Part shown: positions 22,863 through 33,197 of the stretch, in pieces
Layout of the letters: each line of letters starts with the position of its first letter
Numbering within the stretch: the first letter of the stretch is position 1
DNA from: an uncultured Nitrososphaerales archaeon
GTDB taxonomy: Archaea; Thermoproteota; Nitrososphaeria; Nitrososphaerales; Nitrososphaeraceae
NCBI GenBank assembly: GCA_963695855.1
Contig: CAVOHZ010000008.1
Coordinates: 64,001 to 128,000, forward strand
Reading direction: 5' to 3'
Length of the DNA: 64,000 nucleotides
Translations under genes and position numbers: made by a program
Notes under the pieces: model-generated
Databases searched by the model: none
Told to the model about the DNA's origin: nothing
What the model saw: only the letters and a program-made list of their open reading frames with translations

Positions 22863-23792
22863 TTGATTTATAGGCCTGCAATTGATTCAGACAAAGAGCA
22901 AATATTTGATTTTTGTAATAATACTTTTGAATGGGGTGATTATATCCAAGAAGTCTGGGATTGCTGGATTAATGAAAAAGATAGTTTGTTACTGGTAGCA
23001 CAAACAATGGATACGATATCATATGCTAAAAAAATTGTTGCAATGATACATGGAAAATTATGTCATAAAAATATGATTTGGGTTGAGGGAATACGGGTTC
23101 ATCCTGAATATAGAGAGAAAGGCATTGCATCTAGTTTAATTAAAAATATTCTTACATATGGAAAAGATAAAGGAACAACTCTAGCCTCGTTGATAGTATC
23201 TATAGATAACATTGAATCGAGAAAGCTAATGGAAAAATTGGATTTCAATCCAGTTTCTAGATGGATATTCGCAAGCATCAAAGGTCTCAAGAATATCTAT
23301 GAGTATTGTCATATAATAAAAAGAGCAGAGATTAAAGATCAGGAAAGAATATACAATTATTTAACAGGATCAAAATATACAAGATATGTTAAGTCATGGA
23401 GGTGGTACATACTAACAAATTACGATTTATTTAGGATGATAAATAAAGGTCAAATATATTTTTTCGATGATCAGAATATCAGGGGTATTGTGATTATAGA
23501 TATAACAGATTTGTGGAATGGCCAAGACAATTATAGAATTTGTTATTTGGATGGAGATTCCAAAGAGATAATTAGTAGCATGTTAGAATATTGTATATAT
23601 GTTTTTTACAATTATAACAATTATTATTCCCAAAAGGATAAAAAAGAGCAAAAAGATAAATATGAAACTAAGGATAATAGAAATGATAGAGTTCAAATAT
23701 TCTGTCCAGATACCGATTTTAATTTCTCAGTTCTAAGTGACCAAAAGAAAGGATATTTTACAAAACTTATTCTTTATGATAAAGAGATATAG
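22863..23792 (+). CDS. GNAT family N-acetyltransferase
   Basis: WVEGIRVHPEYREKGIAS acetyl-CoA motif; N..S..L.EK..F. Confidence 0.88.
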   Translation: MIYRPAIDSDKEQIFDFCNNTFEWGDYIQEVWDCWINEKDSLLLVAQTMDTISYAKKIVAMIHGKLCHKNMIWVEGIRVHPEYREKGIASSLIKNILTYGKDKGTTLASLIVSIDNIESRKLMEKLDFNPVSRWIFASIKGLKNIYEYCHIIKRAEIKDQERIYNYLTGSKYTRYVKSWRWYILTNYDLFRMINKGQIYFFDDQNIRGIVIIDITDLWNGQDNYRICYLDGDSKEIISSMLEYCIYVFYNYNNYYSQKDKKEQKDKYETKDNRNDRVQIFCPDTDFNFSVLSDQKKGYFTKLILYDKEI

Positions 23793-23968
23793 TATAGAAA
23801 CAACAAGATTGTAGAAGAAAGAAGATAATGGGAGGAACTATCTATGGTTAAAGGTTGCTGATAGTTACTTTTAGAAGAAGATTTGTAAAAGATCTATAAA
23901 GTAATAGAAACAAAAATAATGATATTTGAGTTTTTAGTTTAATTAGAATTTTTAAATGTTCCCTGCAC

Positions 23969-25168
23969 TTACCCAAAAAACTGAGATATTCTTAACTGTT
24001 GTCCATAATTTTTGTAAAGTTTACTTTTATTTATCCAATCTGAAATAGAAACTTTGAAATCTTTGCATGAGTACATTAACGCAGATTGAAAATGATCAAA
24101 GATCTCAGCCGATCCACTTCGTAGAACTTCTCTTATCCCTTCTCTAATTTGCCACACTCCAAGAGGAATAATATAATCTGGATGTATCTCTCTAAAGATC
24201 AATACAGCAGCATTTCTTTTCATTCTTGACAAATATTCTGCAACTGCCAATCTAGCTGCAAAGTAGGCTCCTGCAATCTTTGGATAATGATCTAAACCAT
24301 TTGCATCCTCAAAATCTGATTCTAATACAAATTTTTTATTCGCATCATCGTACCAAGCTTCAACCATTTCAAAATTCCAGACTTCATTTGGAAGTAAAAT
24401 TACAGAGTAATAATTTGAAAAGTGGTTATACTTAAGAACAGTAAATGAATCTATTGAAGGATTTTGTTCCAATTCTTTGATTAAATACGAAGATACTATG
24501 TCATCTGTTGCAGAGATGCTCCATCTAGTTGGAACTAGTTTTCTATTCTTCTTTTTTCCTAGCATGCCCAGGCTCAATATCTTATTTATTTGACTAATCT
24601 CAATCCCTTTTTTGTAAAGTTCTACTACTGCTTTAGCGGCTTTAATATCACCATCAGAAAAATAATATTCAATTTTTTTGTTTGTAGTTATAGATGATAC
24701 TTTAAAAGATTTTAGTTCAACTTTGGGTCCGAAAGGAGGGGATTCAAAGTTGAAACTGGAATTTTGACTGAAAATATTTGAATATAACTGCTGAGGTTTG
24801 GAGTGGAAATTCATTTCGCTTTCTGCGGATTTGGAAGACATTATTAATTCCTGTAAGGACGTGATGAATCTTTGATTAACGTCTGTCACCTTAAAGGAAT
24901 TTACACCACGTACAAGAGATAAACGATAATCTAGAATTTCCTGTAGATTTTTTCCAATCCACATTTCTGGAGAATCCAAAACCTTCGTATCTCCATGCAA
25001 TGGAGGGACCATAGGACCTAAATTCACTCTAGGATATCCATATTGTCCTACAAAAACAGATGGCGGGCTAGCACCAGAAATACTGGAAGAAAAATTTTTT
25101 ATATTTTTATTAAGATAGTCTATCCAATATTTTTCCAACCGTTTTTTAATATCTTCGTAAGATACCAC
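23969..25168 (-). CDS. nreA: Archaeal DNA repair protein Nre (DUF650/651)
   Basis: SPPSVFVG.YGYP.V..GP, RKLVPTRWSISATD, YFAARL, PLGVWQIRE; C-terminal PIP box QLRISQFF. Confidence 0.9.
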   Translation of the reverse strand: MVSYEDIKKRLEKYWIDYLNKNIKNFSSSISGASPPSVFVGQYGYPRVNLGPMVPPLHGDTKVLDSPEMWIGKNLQEILDYRLSLVRGVNSFKVTDVNQRFITSLQELIMSSKSAESEMNFHSKPQQLYSNIFSQNSSFNFESPPFGPKVELKSFKVSSITTNKKIEYYFSDGDIKAAKAVVELYKKGIEISQINKILSLGMLGKKKNRKLVPTRWSISATDDIVSSYLIKELEQNPSIDSFTVLKYNHFSNYYSVILLPNEVWNFEMVEAWYDDANKKFVLESDFEDANGLDHYPKIAGAYFAARLAVAEYLSRMKRNAAVLIFREIHPDYIIPLGVWQIREGIREVLRSGSAEIFDHFQSALMYSCKDFKVSISDWINKSKLYKNYGQQLRISQFFG

Positions 25169-25403
25169 CTGTTTTACTTGACAAAATATTGTTTTTATAT
25201 TATATTAGTTGTATCATAAATTTATTTAACCTCTGTCAGTCTCACTATCAAATACATGAAAATTATTTCGTTTGAAGAAAAGAAGCTAGTAAAAGAAGAA
25301 TTGACAAAGCAGATTATTAGATGGAGGCCTGGGTGGGTGGGTAGACTTTTAATGAGCATTTGATAAGGTTAATACGTAATACTCTATTATTTGGAATTAT
25401 ATT

Positions 25404-26417
25404 TTGATTATACTAAAAGAGCTTACCAAAAAATTTGATAATTTTACTGCTGTTGATAACATCTCCCTGACTATCCAAGAGAATGAGGTTTTTGGACTGT
25501 TAGGCCAGAATGGTGCTGGCAAAACTACAACTATACATATGCTAGCTACGTTATTGAAGCCTACCAGTGGTACTGCCACTATTAATGACTATGATATAGT
25601 CAAACATCCATCAAAGGTAAGAGACAACATTGGGATCGTTTTTCAAGCTCCCAGCAGCGATGATATGCTAACTGGCTATGAAAATTTGAAGATTTATTCA
25701 TATCTTTATAATGTCTCAAACAAAGATAGGGAAAAAAGAATTTTAGAGTTGTTAGAATTGGTGGGGCTAAGTGAGAGAAAAAATGATCTCGTCAAGAAAT
25801 ATTCTGGGGGTATGAGAAGAAGATTGGAAATTGCAAGGGGGTTAATACACAGGCCCAAAGTTATTTTCTTGGATGAGCCTACCCTTGGATTAGATCCTAA
25901 TAGCAGGAAACTTATGTGGAAATATATCCAAGAACTAGTAAGAGAAGAAAAGATAACTGTCATACTAACAACACATTATATGGAGGAGGCGGATCTTCTT
26001 TGTGACAGAATAGGCTTCATTAATAAGGGAAAAATCATCGCTATTGATACTCCTTCGAAGTTAAAAAGTATGATAAATAGAAAAGTTGGAGGAGATATTG
26101 TAAAACTAAGATTTAAAAATGCAGACAGAGACAATGCTAATATCAAAGTTGATGGAGATAATAGTAACAAATTCATTTTAAAAACTATAAAAGGATTTGA
26201 TTTTGTACATGACTTTAGATTAGACAATAATCTATTGACGTTGACTGTTAAGAATGCAAGGTTTAATTTACCGGTTTTATTGAAAGTATTAGATAATGTA
26301 GAATCAGTGGAATTTTCTGAGACCACATTGAATGACGTCTTTTATAAATTTACAAATGAAAATATCAATGAACAACCAGAAGGGGGATTCATGGAAAAGT
26401 TTGCCCAATATGACTAG
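25404..26417 (+). CDS. ABC exporter ATP-binding subunit (DrrA-like)
   Basis: Walker A GQNGAGKTT, signature YSGGMRRR, Walker B IFLDEPT, TTHYMEEAD. Confidence 0.93.
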   Translation: MIILKELTKKFDNFTAVDNISLTIQENEVFGLLGQNGAGKTTTIHMLATLLKPTSGTATINDYDIVKHPSKVRDNIGIVFQAPSSDDMLTGYENLKIYSYLYNVSNKDREKRILELLELVGLSERKNDLVKKYSGGMRRRLEIARGLIHRPKVIFLDEPTLGLDPNSRKLMWKYIQELVREEKITVILTTHYMEEADLLCDRIGFINKGKIIAIDTPSKLKSMINRKVGGDIVKLRFKNADRDNANIKVDGDNSNKFILKTIKGFDFVHDFRLDNNLLTLTVKNARFNLPVLLKVLDNVESVEFSETTLNDVFYKFTNENINEQPEGGFMEKFAQYD

Positions 26418-26444
26418 AATTATTTAAATGGAGATAAAGCTGAT

Positions 26445-27233
26445 TTGAAAAGTACCATAGCAAACACAAGTTATTCTGTTATCAAAAATATTTATGCTAT
26501 TTGGTTAAGGGAGATCAAGGTTTTCTTAAGAGAGAAGAGCAGGTTAATAGCTTCATTATTTACACCTTTATTATGGTTATTTATTGTTGGTTCAGGCCTA
26601 GGATCATCTACTAATACTTCTACTGGTAGTGAATTTAGTTATCAATTGTTTATTTTTCCAGGCATAGTTAGTATGTCTATAATATTTACATCAGTTTTTT
26701 ATGGAGCCTACATAATCTGGGATAGAAAATTTGACTTTCTAAAGAGTGTAATGGTGACACCTGTAAGGAGAGAGGTCATATTTTTAGGGAAAACCATAGG
26801 AGGAATGACAAATTCAATGATACAGGTTATTGTGTTACTGTTTATTGGATTCTTAATAGGAGTTGACTATTCTGCTCTGTCGCTAATACAAATTATTTTT
26901 ATTAGCCTATTACTATCTTTCCTGTTGACTTCGCTTGGTCTTGGTTTAGGAAGTTATATGTACAGCTTGGAAGGATTTCAAATGATCGTAAGTTTTGTAG
27001 TTTTTCCCCTATTTTTTTTGAGTGGTGCTTTATTTCCTCTAAAAAATTTGCCACAATGGTTATATGTATTAACATCTGTTGATCCGGCAACATATGCAGT
27101 AGACGCCCTAAGAATTTCAATGCTAGGAACAGGAAATTTTATCTTTGAGTATGATGTTTTGATATTATTTGGTTTTACTTTAGGATTTGGTCTATTCGGA
27201 ATGTTATCGTTTAAGAGGATGAAGGCGGTTTGA
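26445..27233 (+). CDS. ABC-2 type permease (DrrB-like)
   Basis: Six TM helices, FPLFFLSGALFPL..LP.WL, DPATYAVDALR. Confidence 0.92.
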   Translation: MKSTIANTSYSVIKNIYAIWLREIKVFLREKSRLIASLFTPLLWLFIVGSGLGSSTNTSTGSEFSYQLFIFPGIVSMSIIFTSVFYGAYIIWDRKFDFLKSVMVTPVRREVIFLGKTIGGMTNSMIQVIVLLFIGFLIGVDYSALSLIQIIFISLLLSFLLTSLGLGLGSYMYSLEGFQMIVSFVVFPLFFLSGALFPLKNLPQWLYVLTSVDPATYAVDALRISMLGTGNFIFEYDVLILFGFTLGFGLFGMLSFKRMKAV

Positions 27234-27507
27234 TAAAAAAAGAGGTTCTATAATTAAATCATATTTTTATTAAATAATGAAATTATTGGTCCAATAACAT
27301 AAGTATATGTTTATCCTTAATCGGAAACATTTAATTGATCATAATGTAAGTAACAAAAAGAAAAATAAATTCCACATATATAAAATCAAATAAAAATATC
27401 ATGAAAATCAAGTAATAAATCGATTTATGGAAGAAAAAATGAATTTCATTTGGTTAATAATTTCAGTGTACATTTAATAATAGCATTCATTTATTTGAAT
27501 AATTTGA

Positions 27508-27603
27508 GGGGCTATCGTCTAGCTTGGATCAGGATACCATCTTCAACTTGAGGGTATAAGCCTGGGGCGCTGGCGGTCGTGGGTTCAAATCCCACTGGCC
27601 CCA
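27508..27603 (+). tRNA. tRNA-Pro(GGG) with 20-nt non-canonical intron at 29/30 (27540-27559)
   Basis: Acceptor GGGGCTA/TGGCCCC-A; after splicing CCAGC-CT-GGG-GC-GCTGG; T-arm GTGGG-TTCAAAT-CCCAC; strict BHB (ATAC/GTAT helix, CA^T and AA^G bulges). Confidence 0.93.
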
Positions 27604-27646
27604 TTACCAACCTGTCTCTTTATTTAGACCCATTGTTATATAGGAT

Positions 27647-27762
27647 ATGGAAATAATGTCAATCAATAATGTTCTCGCTGAAATAATTTCAAATGAAGGA
27701 CACAATAAACAAGAACTGACTCCATATCTAATGTTCTAATATGCGATTAAAACAGAGATTAA
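27647..27762 (+). pseudogene. Integrase N-terminal stub immediately after tRNA-Pro
   Basis: ELTPYLMF*YAIKTE resembles ESNAYSLFVYAIRSQ at the start of the 43512 integrase. Confidence 0.5.
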
Positions 27763-27763
27763 C

Positions 27764-28005
27764 CTTGTAGAAGCAGAATAAAAGACTGCAAGCTACGACC
27801 CCAAGATAAAACCGATCTATCAGAGAATTGCAAAAAAAGAAAGGAAATCAGAAAGCAAGGGTTGCAGTAGCAAGAAAGATGCTCGTCAGTATATATCATG
27901 TATTAATAAGGAACGAATTGTACCATAGTCATAAACAAGATGTACAGATAAGAAAGAATAAAAAAATGATACAAAAAATAGGACATTAAAGGAAATTCAT
28001 ATAAG
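27764..28005 (+). mobile_element. IS110-family transposase C-terminal remnant and probable end
   Basis: LVEA.*...YDPKIKPIYQRIAKK/KGNQKARVAVARKMLVSIYHVL..NELY; one stop and one frameshift. Confidence 0.7.
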
Positions 28006-28176
28006 TAAAGCTCTACCTATCAGAAATAATTGTCAATCTAGGCATTTACATAACTGTTAAGGTAAGTCTAAAAGGATATAACATTAAATGAATAGTGGAA
28101 AAATTAGGTAAATGTTTGTCCATCAGCCATTTTTCAAATAAATATTCTTATTAACGAGTTTTAATTAATAGGTTCC

Positions 28177-29220
28177 ATGAAAGAATCAAGAAAAGCCAAT
28201 AAAATACTTTTAAGAAATGGATTAATTGTTGGGATATCTATCGCTTTATTTTCGTTATTTACTATCGGAGTGGAAGCACAACCCGACAATAAAGTGATAA
28301 ATATTCCAGTAGAAGATGGACCACTTTATCTGGCATATGATCCAGTAAATAAGAGGATGTATGTGACTGTTTTTTTAACTCCTAGTGTCGCCGTAATTGA
28401 TACTACTACAAACACAGTAACAGGCAGCCCGATTAATGTATCAGAAAATACTGGAATGGGAGACATAGAATATGATCCAGTAAATAAGAGGATGTATGTT
28501 ACTCATTTTCCGTATAATGTCTCCGTAATTGATACTACTACAAACACAGTAATAGACAGTCCAATTTCAGGAGGAGATAAACCAGTAAACACAACGTCTA
28601 GCTTCATAGAATATGATCCAGTAAATAAGAGGATGTATGTTACTCATTCTAATCTAGATAGCGTTCCTGTAATTGGTACTGTTTCTGTAATTGATACTAC
28701 TACAAACACAGTAATAGGTAGTCCAATTTCAGTAAGAGATGGACCTAGAGACATAGAATATGATCCAGTAAATAAGAGGATGTATGTGACTAATTTTTCT
28801 AATGGTACTGTCACCGTAATTGATACTACTACAAACACAGTAGAGAGTCATATTCCAGTAGGAGGTAATTCAACAACAAACATAGAATATGATCCAGTAA
28901 ATAAGAGGATGTATGTGACTAATTTTTTTGATGGTACTGTCACAGTAATTGATACTACTACAAACACAGTAATAGGCAGTCCAATTTCAGTAGGAAATGG
29001 TACATATGGTATAGAATATGATCCAGTAAATAAGAGGATGTATGTGACTAATTTTTCTAATGGTACTGTCACCGTAATTGATACTACTACAAACACAGTA
29101 ATAGGCAGTCCGATTGATGTAATAGATAGAGGAGCGAGAATAGAATATGATCCAGTAAATAAGAGGATGTATGTTGCTAGCTTGTTCGGAGGAACTGTTT
29201 CTGTGATAAATGTAAGGTAA
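28177..29220 (+). CDS. Exported YVTN/YncE-type beta-propeller protein
   Basis: Signal peptide and seven YDPVNKRMYV repeats, near-identical at DNA level. Confidence 0.9.
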   Translation: MKESRKANKILLRNGLIVGISIALFSLFTIGVEAQPDNKVINIPVEDGPLYLAYDPVNKRMYVTVFLTPSVAVIDTTTNTVTGSPINVSENTGMGDIEYDPVNKRMYVTHFPYNVSVIDTTTNTVIDSPISGGDKPVNTTSSFIEYDPVNKRMYVTHSNLDSVPVIGTVSVIDTTTNTVIGSPISVRDGPRDIEYDPVNKRMYVTNFSNGTVTVIDTTTNTVESHIPVGGNSTTNIEYDPVNKRMYVTNFFDGTVTVIDTTTNTVIGSPISVGNGTYGIEYDPVNKRMYVTNFSNGTVTVIDTTTNTVIGSPIDVIDRGARIEYDPVNKRMYVASLFGGTVSVINVR

Positions 29221-29629
29221 TGAGACCTATCAATAGCACCACCTTTCCCTGTATCTTCTTATATTTCTTAAATGTACTTCCACGAGGCTGGGATCGGATT
29301 CAGGAGGACTGATTATGCTGGAAAAATACGGTTAGTGGGCCTATTTATTCTGTAAACACTATTATTGTAAGGACTGTCACAGAATACCTCCGGAATTCAA
29401 TTGTATAGATTATCTCAATTCCATTTCTGAAAAAATTGCGTCTCCTTTAGGGACTATAATGACAACGCTAGGAGTAATTGTGGGAAGTATTGTGGGTGTT
29501 AGTAAATGGTTCTTTAGCCAGAAAAAAGTCGATGAGAAAAAAGATAATACATGATATTAACTTGTAATAAAAGAATATTTTACGCGAATTATTGATTGTG
29601 AAGTTTAGCACAAATAGTAAATTGAGCAA

Positions 29630-29708
29630 GGGACCAAAAATTAGGTCAAATTTGTTTCACATCCTACTGGCCCCATTGTAATATCAGTCCTCAAATTGGA
29701 TCGACTCA
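29630..29708 (+). repeat. att junction 1 (left arm + tRNA-Pro 3' end + arm A)
   Basis: gggaccaaaaattaggtcaaatttgt-ttcacatcctactggcccca-ttgtaatatcagtcctcaaattggatcgactca. Confidence 0.9.
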
Positions 29709-30060
29709 ATAATGTTAGTAGTGATTTATTAATTCAAAATATACAACGACAATTGTAACAACAACAAAAAGAAAAAGAAGAATTGTGATCTACCGCATGC
29801 ATACAATTGTATATGATTGTTCATATACTGGTATAATATAATGATTAGAAATCTTTTACAAATATTATGAATACTATTGTATTAGATTTTAAAATTCTTA
29901 TTTATCTTAATAAATTTGTAAATAAATGAATAATACAAGTAAAGGTTAATTTCCTAGTTTATATCATGTTATTACTTCATAAATTCTTCTACTGAAAATA
30001 AAGATTGAAATTGAGTTCAATGAGTGCTCTGGGATGTGACCTTTGACATAGAATTGTGTA

Positions 30061-30972
30061 TTATGCTTCAATAGCCTTAACTTCCGCTTTTATTTCTGGT
30101 CTGGAAGAAAAGAATTCAGAAATCTTTTCAGCAATTACGTCACAATCTTCTTCTAAAGCAAAGTGACCGGTATCAAGAATGTATGTCTCTATATCTTTTA
30201 GGTCTCTTTTGTATGGATGTGCTCCCGATTCTGGGAAGATATAGTCGTTTTTACCCCACACAACTAATGTAGGAGGCTGATACTTTCTAAAATTCTTTTG
30301 CCATTGTGAATATAGTGGTGGATTAGTTTTATAATCATAAAGCATTGCTAGTTGAATTGCAGCATTTGCAGGACGGTTCAATCTGGTCTGATCGATTATC
30401 CAATTGTCAGGACTGATTGATTGAGGATTTCTTGTTCCGTTAATATATTGCCACTTTGTTGTCTCTTCTGTTACCAAGTAATGAAGTTTCTTTTCATTTT
30501 CGAGAGTTTTATTATTCCACCAATCTTTAATGGGATTCCAAAATTCTCCTAGACCTTCATCATATGCATTTCCATTTTGTATAATAAATACCTGTACTTT
30601 TTCTGGCTGTATTGAAAATAGTCTGAAACCAATTGGTGCACCATAATCCATCATGTAAAGACTATATTTTTCCAATCCAATTGTTTCTGCAAATTCAAAA
30701 ATAATTTTGGCCATATTTTCAAAAGTATAATCAAACTCATCGACTGTTGGCATAGAGCTGTTTCCATATCCTGGATAATCTGGTGCTACAAGATGGAAAT
30801 CATCAGACAGTTTTTGTATTAGATTCCGAAACATGTGTGATGATGTCGGAAAGCCATGCAACAACAAAATTGTTGGGGCATTCCTTGGACCTGCTTCTCT
30901 GTAAAAAATATCGAGACCATTTATTTTGACAGTTTTGTATTCTATGATGTATTTGGTTTGGTATTTATTCAT
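30061..30972 (-). CDS. Alpha/beta fold hydrolase (epoxide hydrolase/haloalkane dehalogenase-like)
   Basis: LLHGFPTSSHMFR, APDYPGYG, nucleophile DYG, VWGKND, TGHFALE; likely start MNKYQ at 30972. Confidence 0.9.
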   Translation of the reverse strand: MNKYQTKYIIEYKTVKINGLDIFYREAGPRNAPTILLLHGFPTSSHMFRNLIQKLSDDFHLVAPDYPGYGNSSMPTVDEFDYTFENMAKIIFEFAETIGLEKYSLYMMDYGAPIGFRLFSIQPEKVQVFIIQNGNAYDEGLGEFWNPIKDWWNNKTLENEKKLHYLVTEETTKWQYINGTRNPQSISPDNWIIDQTRLNRPANAAIQLAMLYDYKTNPPLYSQWQKNFRKYQPPTLVVWGKNDYIFPESGAHPYKRDLKDIETYILDTGHFALEEDCDVIAEKISEFFSSRPEIKAEVKAIEA

Positions 30973-31125
30973 AAGTATATTATATAACAAAAGAAATATG
31001 AGTAAGCCGGAAATTTTTTTTCCAAAACTAGTCCGATATGGACAAGATTTTAGGTATAAATCATTATTAGATAGCAATAATGTCCAATATGGAAAAGTTA
31101 TTATCTAGTTATTTATAGAAAAATT

Positions 31126-32118
31126 ATGCTTGATAAAGTAGACAAAATTATTCTAGCTCAACTGGGAAAAAATGCCAGATTATCATCACAAGAACTACGA
31201 AAAATTCTTCAAGCTACTGGACATACTATTACAGACAGAGGAGTAAGACACAGAATACAAAAATTAGAAAAAAATAACGTAATTTTAGGATATTCGACAA
31301 TTTTAAATCCTAACATAATCTCAGAAAAAATTAATCGTACCGTTCTATTGAAATTCAAGTATGGAAGGTCGTCACAGGAAAAAATCAAACAATTAACTGA
31401 CTATGTGAACCAATCATCATTTTGTTTATATTCTAACCGATTAAGTGGCGATTATGACTGGATTTGTAATTTTATATTTGATTCAATCGAACAATATGAA
31501 TTGGAATCTGATAATTTTTTAAATAGATTTTCTTCATTGATTTCAGATTTTAGATCTTATGAATCTAAAATGATTAAATCTTCACCATATTCAGTTTACG
31601 ATGAGGAAGGAATTAAGGAGAAAAAAGAAAAGGTATTTCAAATTTTAAGTTCTGTTAGAAAGTACAATACTCTTAATGATAGATTACAGCTAATTGTAGA
31701 AGGTTTGGTAAAATATTTTGATGCTGCATTTGCCAGGGTTTGGTTTGTTGATAAAAATCAAAAATATCTGATTTTAAAGTTTAGCGCAGGAATGTATACT
31801 GGAATAAAGGGAGAATTTTCAAAAGTATCCATTAATTCATTAAAAATTGGTCCTGCAGTAAAAACAAAAAAACCGGTTGTCACAAATGATGTTGCAAATG
31901 ATCCAAGAATAAAGCATCCTGATTGGGCAAAAAGAGAAAATCTAAAGTCTTTTGCTGCATACCCACTGATATACAGAGGAAAATCAGTTGCAGTTTTAGC
32001 AATGTTTAGTAAAAAAAGGCTAACCCATGTTGAATTCGAGGTTTTAGGTATATTTTGTGACCAACTATCAAAAGAATTGGCTGGTTTTTTTGAGGCCAAG
32101 GACTTTTTATTGGAATAA
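31126..32118 (+). CDS. Lrp/AsnC-family regulator fused to C-terminal GAF domain
   Basis: LDKVDKIIL..L..NAR HTH, LSGDYD RAM domain, then V.TNDVANDPRI..PDWAKRE.LKSFAAYPL GAF. Confidence 0.85.
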   Translation: MLDKVDKIILAQLGKNARLSSQELRKILQATGHTITDRGVRHRIQKLEKNNVILGYSTILNPNIISEKINRTVLLKFKYGRSSQEKIKQLTDYVNQSSFCLYSNRLSGDYDWICNFIFDSIEQYELESDNFLNRFSSLISDFRSYESKMIKSSPYSVYDEEGIKEKKEKVFQILSSVRKYNTLNDRLQLIVEGLVKYFDAAFARVWFVDKNQKYLILKFSAGMYTGIKGEFSKVSINSLKIGPAVKTKKPVVTNDVANDPRIKHPDWAKRENLKSFAAYPLIYRGKSVAVLAMFSKKRLTHVEFEVLGIFCDQLSKELAGFFEAKDFLLE

Positions 32119-32318
32119 GAATTTCTAAAATATTTCTTGAGAAAAAAGAACTATAAAAACATTTAAAATAATACAAAACTAACAAACAATTTGTAAATTA
32201 CTGACTTCTGTTTTAATTTCATGTTTATATTCCTATTTTATAATCAAAATTTTATAATTATTTCAAATAAAATTTGCAGGAAAATTCACATTCTGCTGAT
32301 ATTATTTGACTGCTTTTA

Positions 32319-32819
32319 TTATGTAGCCTTTTTCTTTGACATTTCTGCGCAGAAACCTTCGGCTGCTTTTTTAATCTCATCTAGAGAAAGGTCTTTCTTA
32401 TGAGTTGCTATTGACCATTGATATCCAAATGGATCTTTTATCAATCCAACACGGTCTCCCCAGAATGCATCGTTGACTGGGTGTACTACAGTGGCACCTG
32501 CAGATACAGCCTGATTAAAAGTTGAATCTACATCATTGACATATAGATAAAGCCAAACTGGATTTCCTCCAACAGATTGAGGTGAAAAAGATTTCATTTC
32601 TTGGGATTCCTCAGATAACATAATAGCAGAATCTCCTATTATAATTTCTGCGTGCATGATAGTCTTATTATCAGGTCCATACATGCGATGACGTTCTTCC
32701 GCATTGAATGATTTTTTATAAAATTCTATTGCACGTTCTGCATCTTTTATGATTATAAAAGGTGTAATGGTATGGTAGCCATCTGGTACTGGTTTTACAT
32801 TAGCTGTCATATTTGTCAT
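32319..32819 (-). CDS. VOC/glyoxalase (PhnB-like) protein
   Basis: PDGYHTITP, IMHAEI.IGDS, FWGDRVG..KDPFG..W. Confidence 0.9.
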   Translation of the reverse strand: MTNMTANVKPVPDGYHTITPFIIIKDAERAIEFYKKSFNAEERHRMYGPDNKTIMHAEIIIGDSAIMLSEESQEMKSFSPQSVGGNPVWLYLYVNDVDSTFNQAVSAGATVVHPVNDAFWGDRVGLIKDPFGYQWSIATHKKDLSLDEIKKAAEGFCAEMSKKKAT

Positions 32820-32973
32820 AATTATTATTACTTTATTTAAAAATATCCTAAAGAGACTAAATAGAAAATATTTTAAAAGAATTCTAATAATTTAGGTTTA
32901 GTATATTAGACTATACTCTCATTGTAAGGAGAATTTGTTCTGTTTGGTTTTAAACTACATATTACGAATTAAT

Positions 32974-33036
32974 TTCACATCCATAAAACTTGGGATGGGA
33001 CCAACATTTAGGTCAAATTTGTTTCACATCCCACTG
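32974..33036 (+). repeat. att junction 2 (3'-truncated)
   Basis: ttcacatccataaaact...gggaccaacatttaggtcaaatttgtttcacatcccactg. Confidence 0.85.
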
Positions 33037-33197
33037 AAAAAGATACAAAAATGTAGCTAATCTGCCGAATACTTTGTGATTCATAATTAACTATTTAATT
33101 TAATAATAATGTTTTAATAATATACTTATTTTTTTGAATGTAAAAACGGCAATGGATTTTTTATAATCTTTAAATTGTATAATCAATATTTCAGATT

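Noticed and set aside
28330-29180. Regularly spaced 29-bp direct repeats resembling a CRISPR array
   Set aside because: Period is ~125-145 bp, in frame within a signal-peptide-bearing YVTN gene; the spacers are similar to each other; no cas genes
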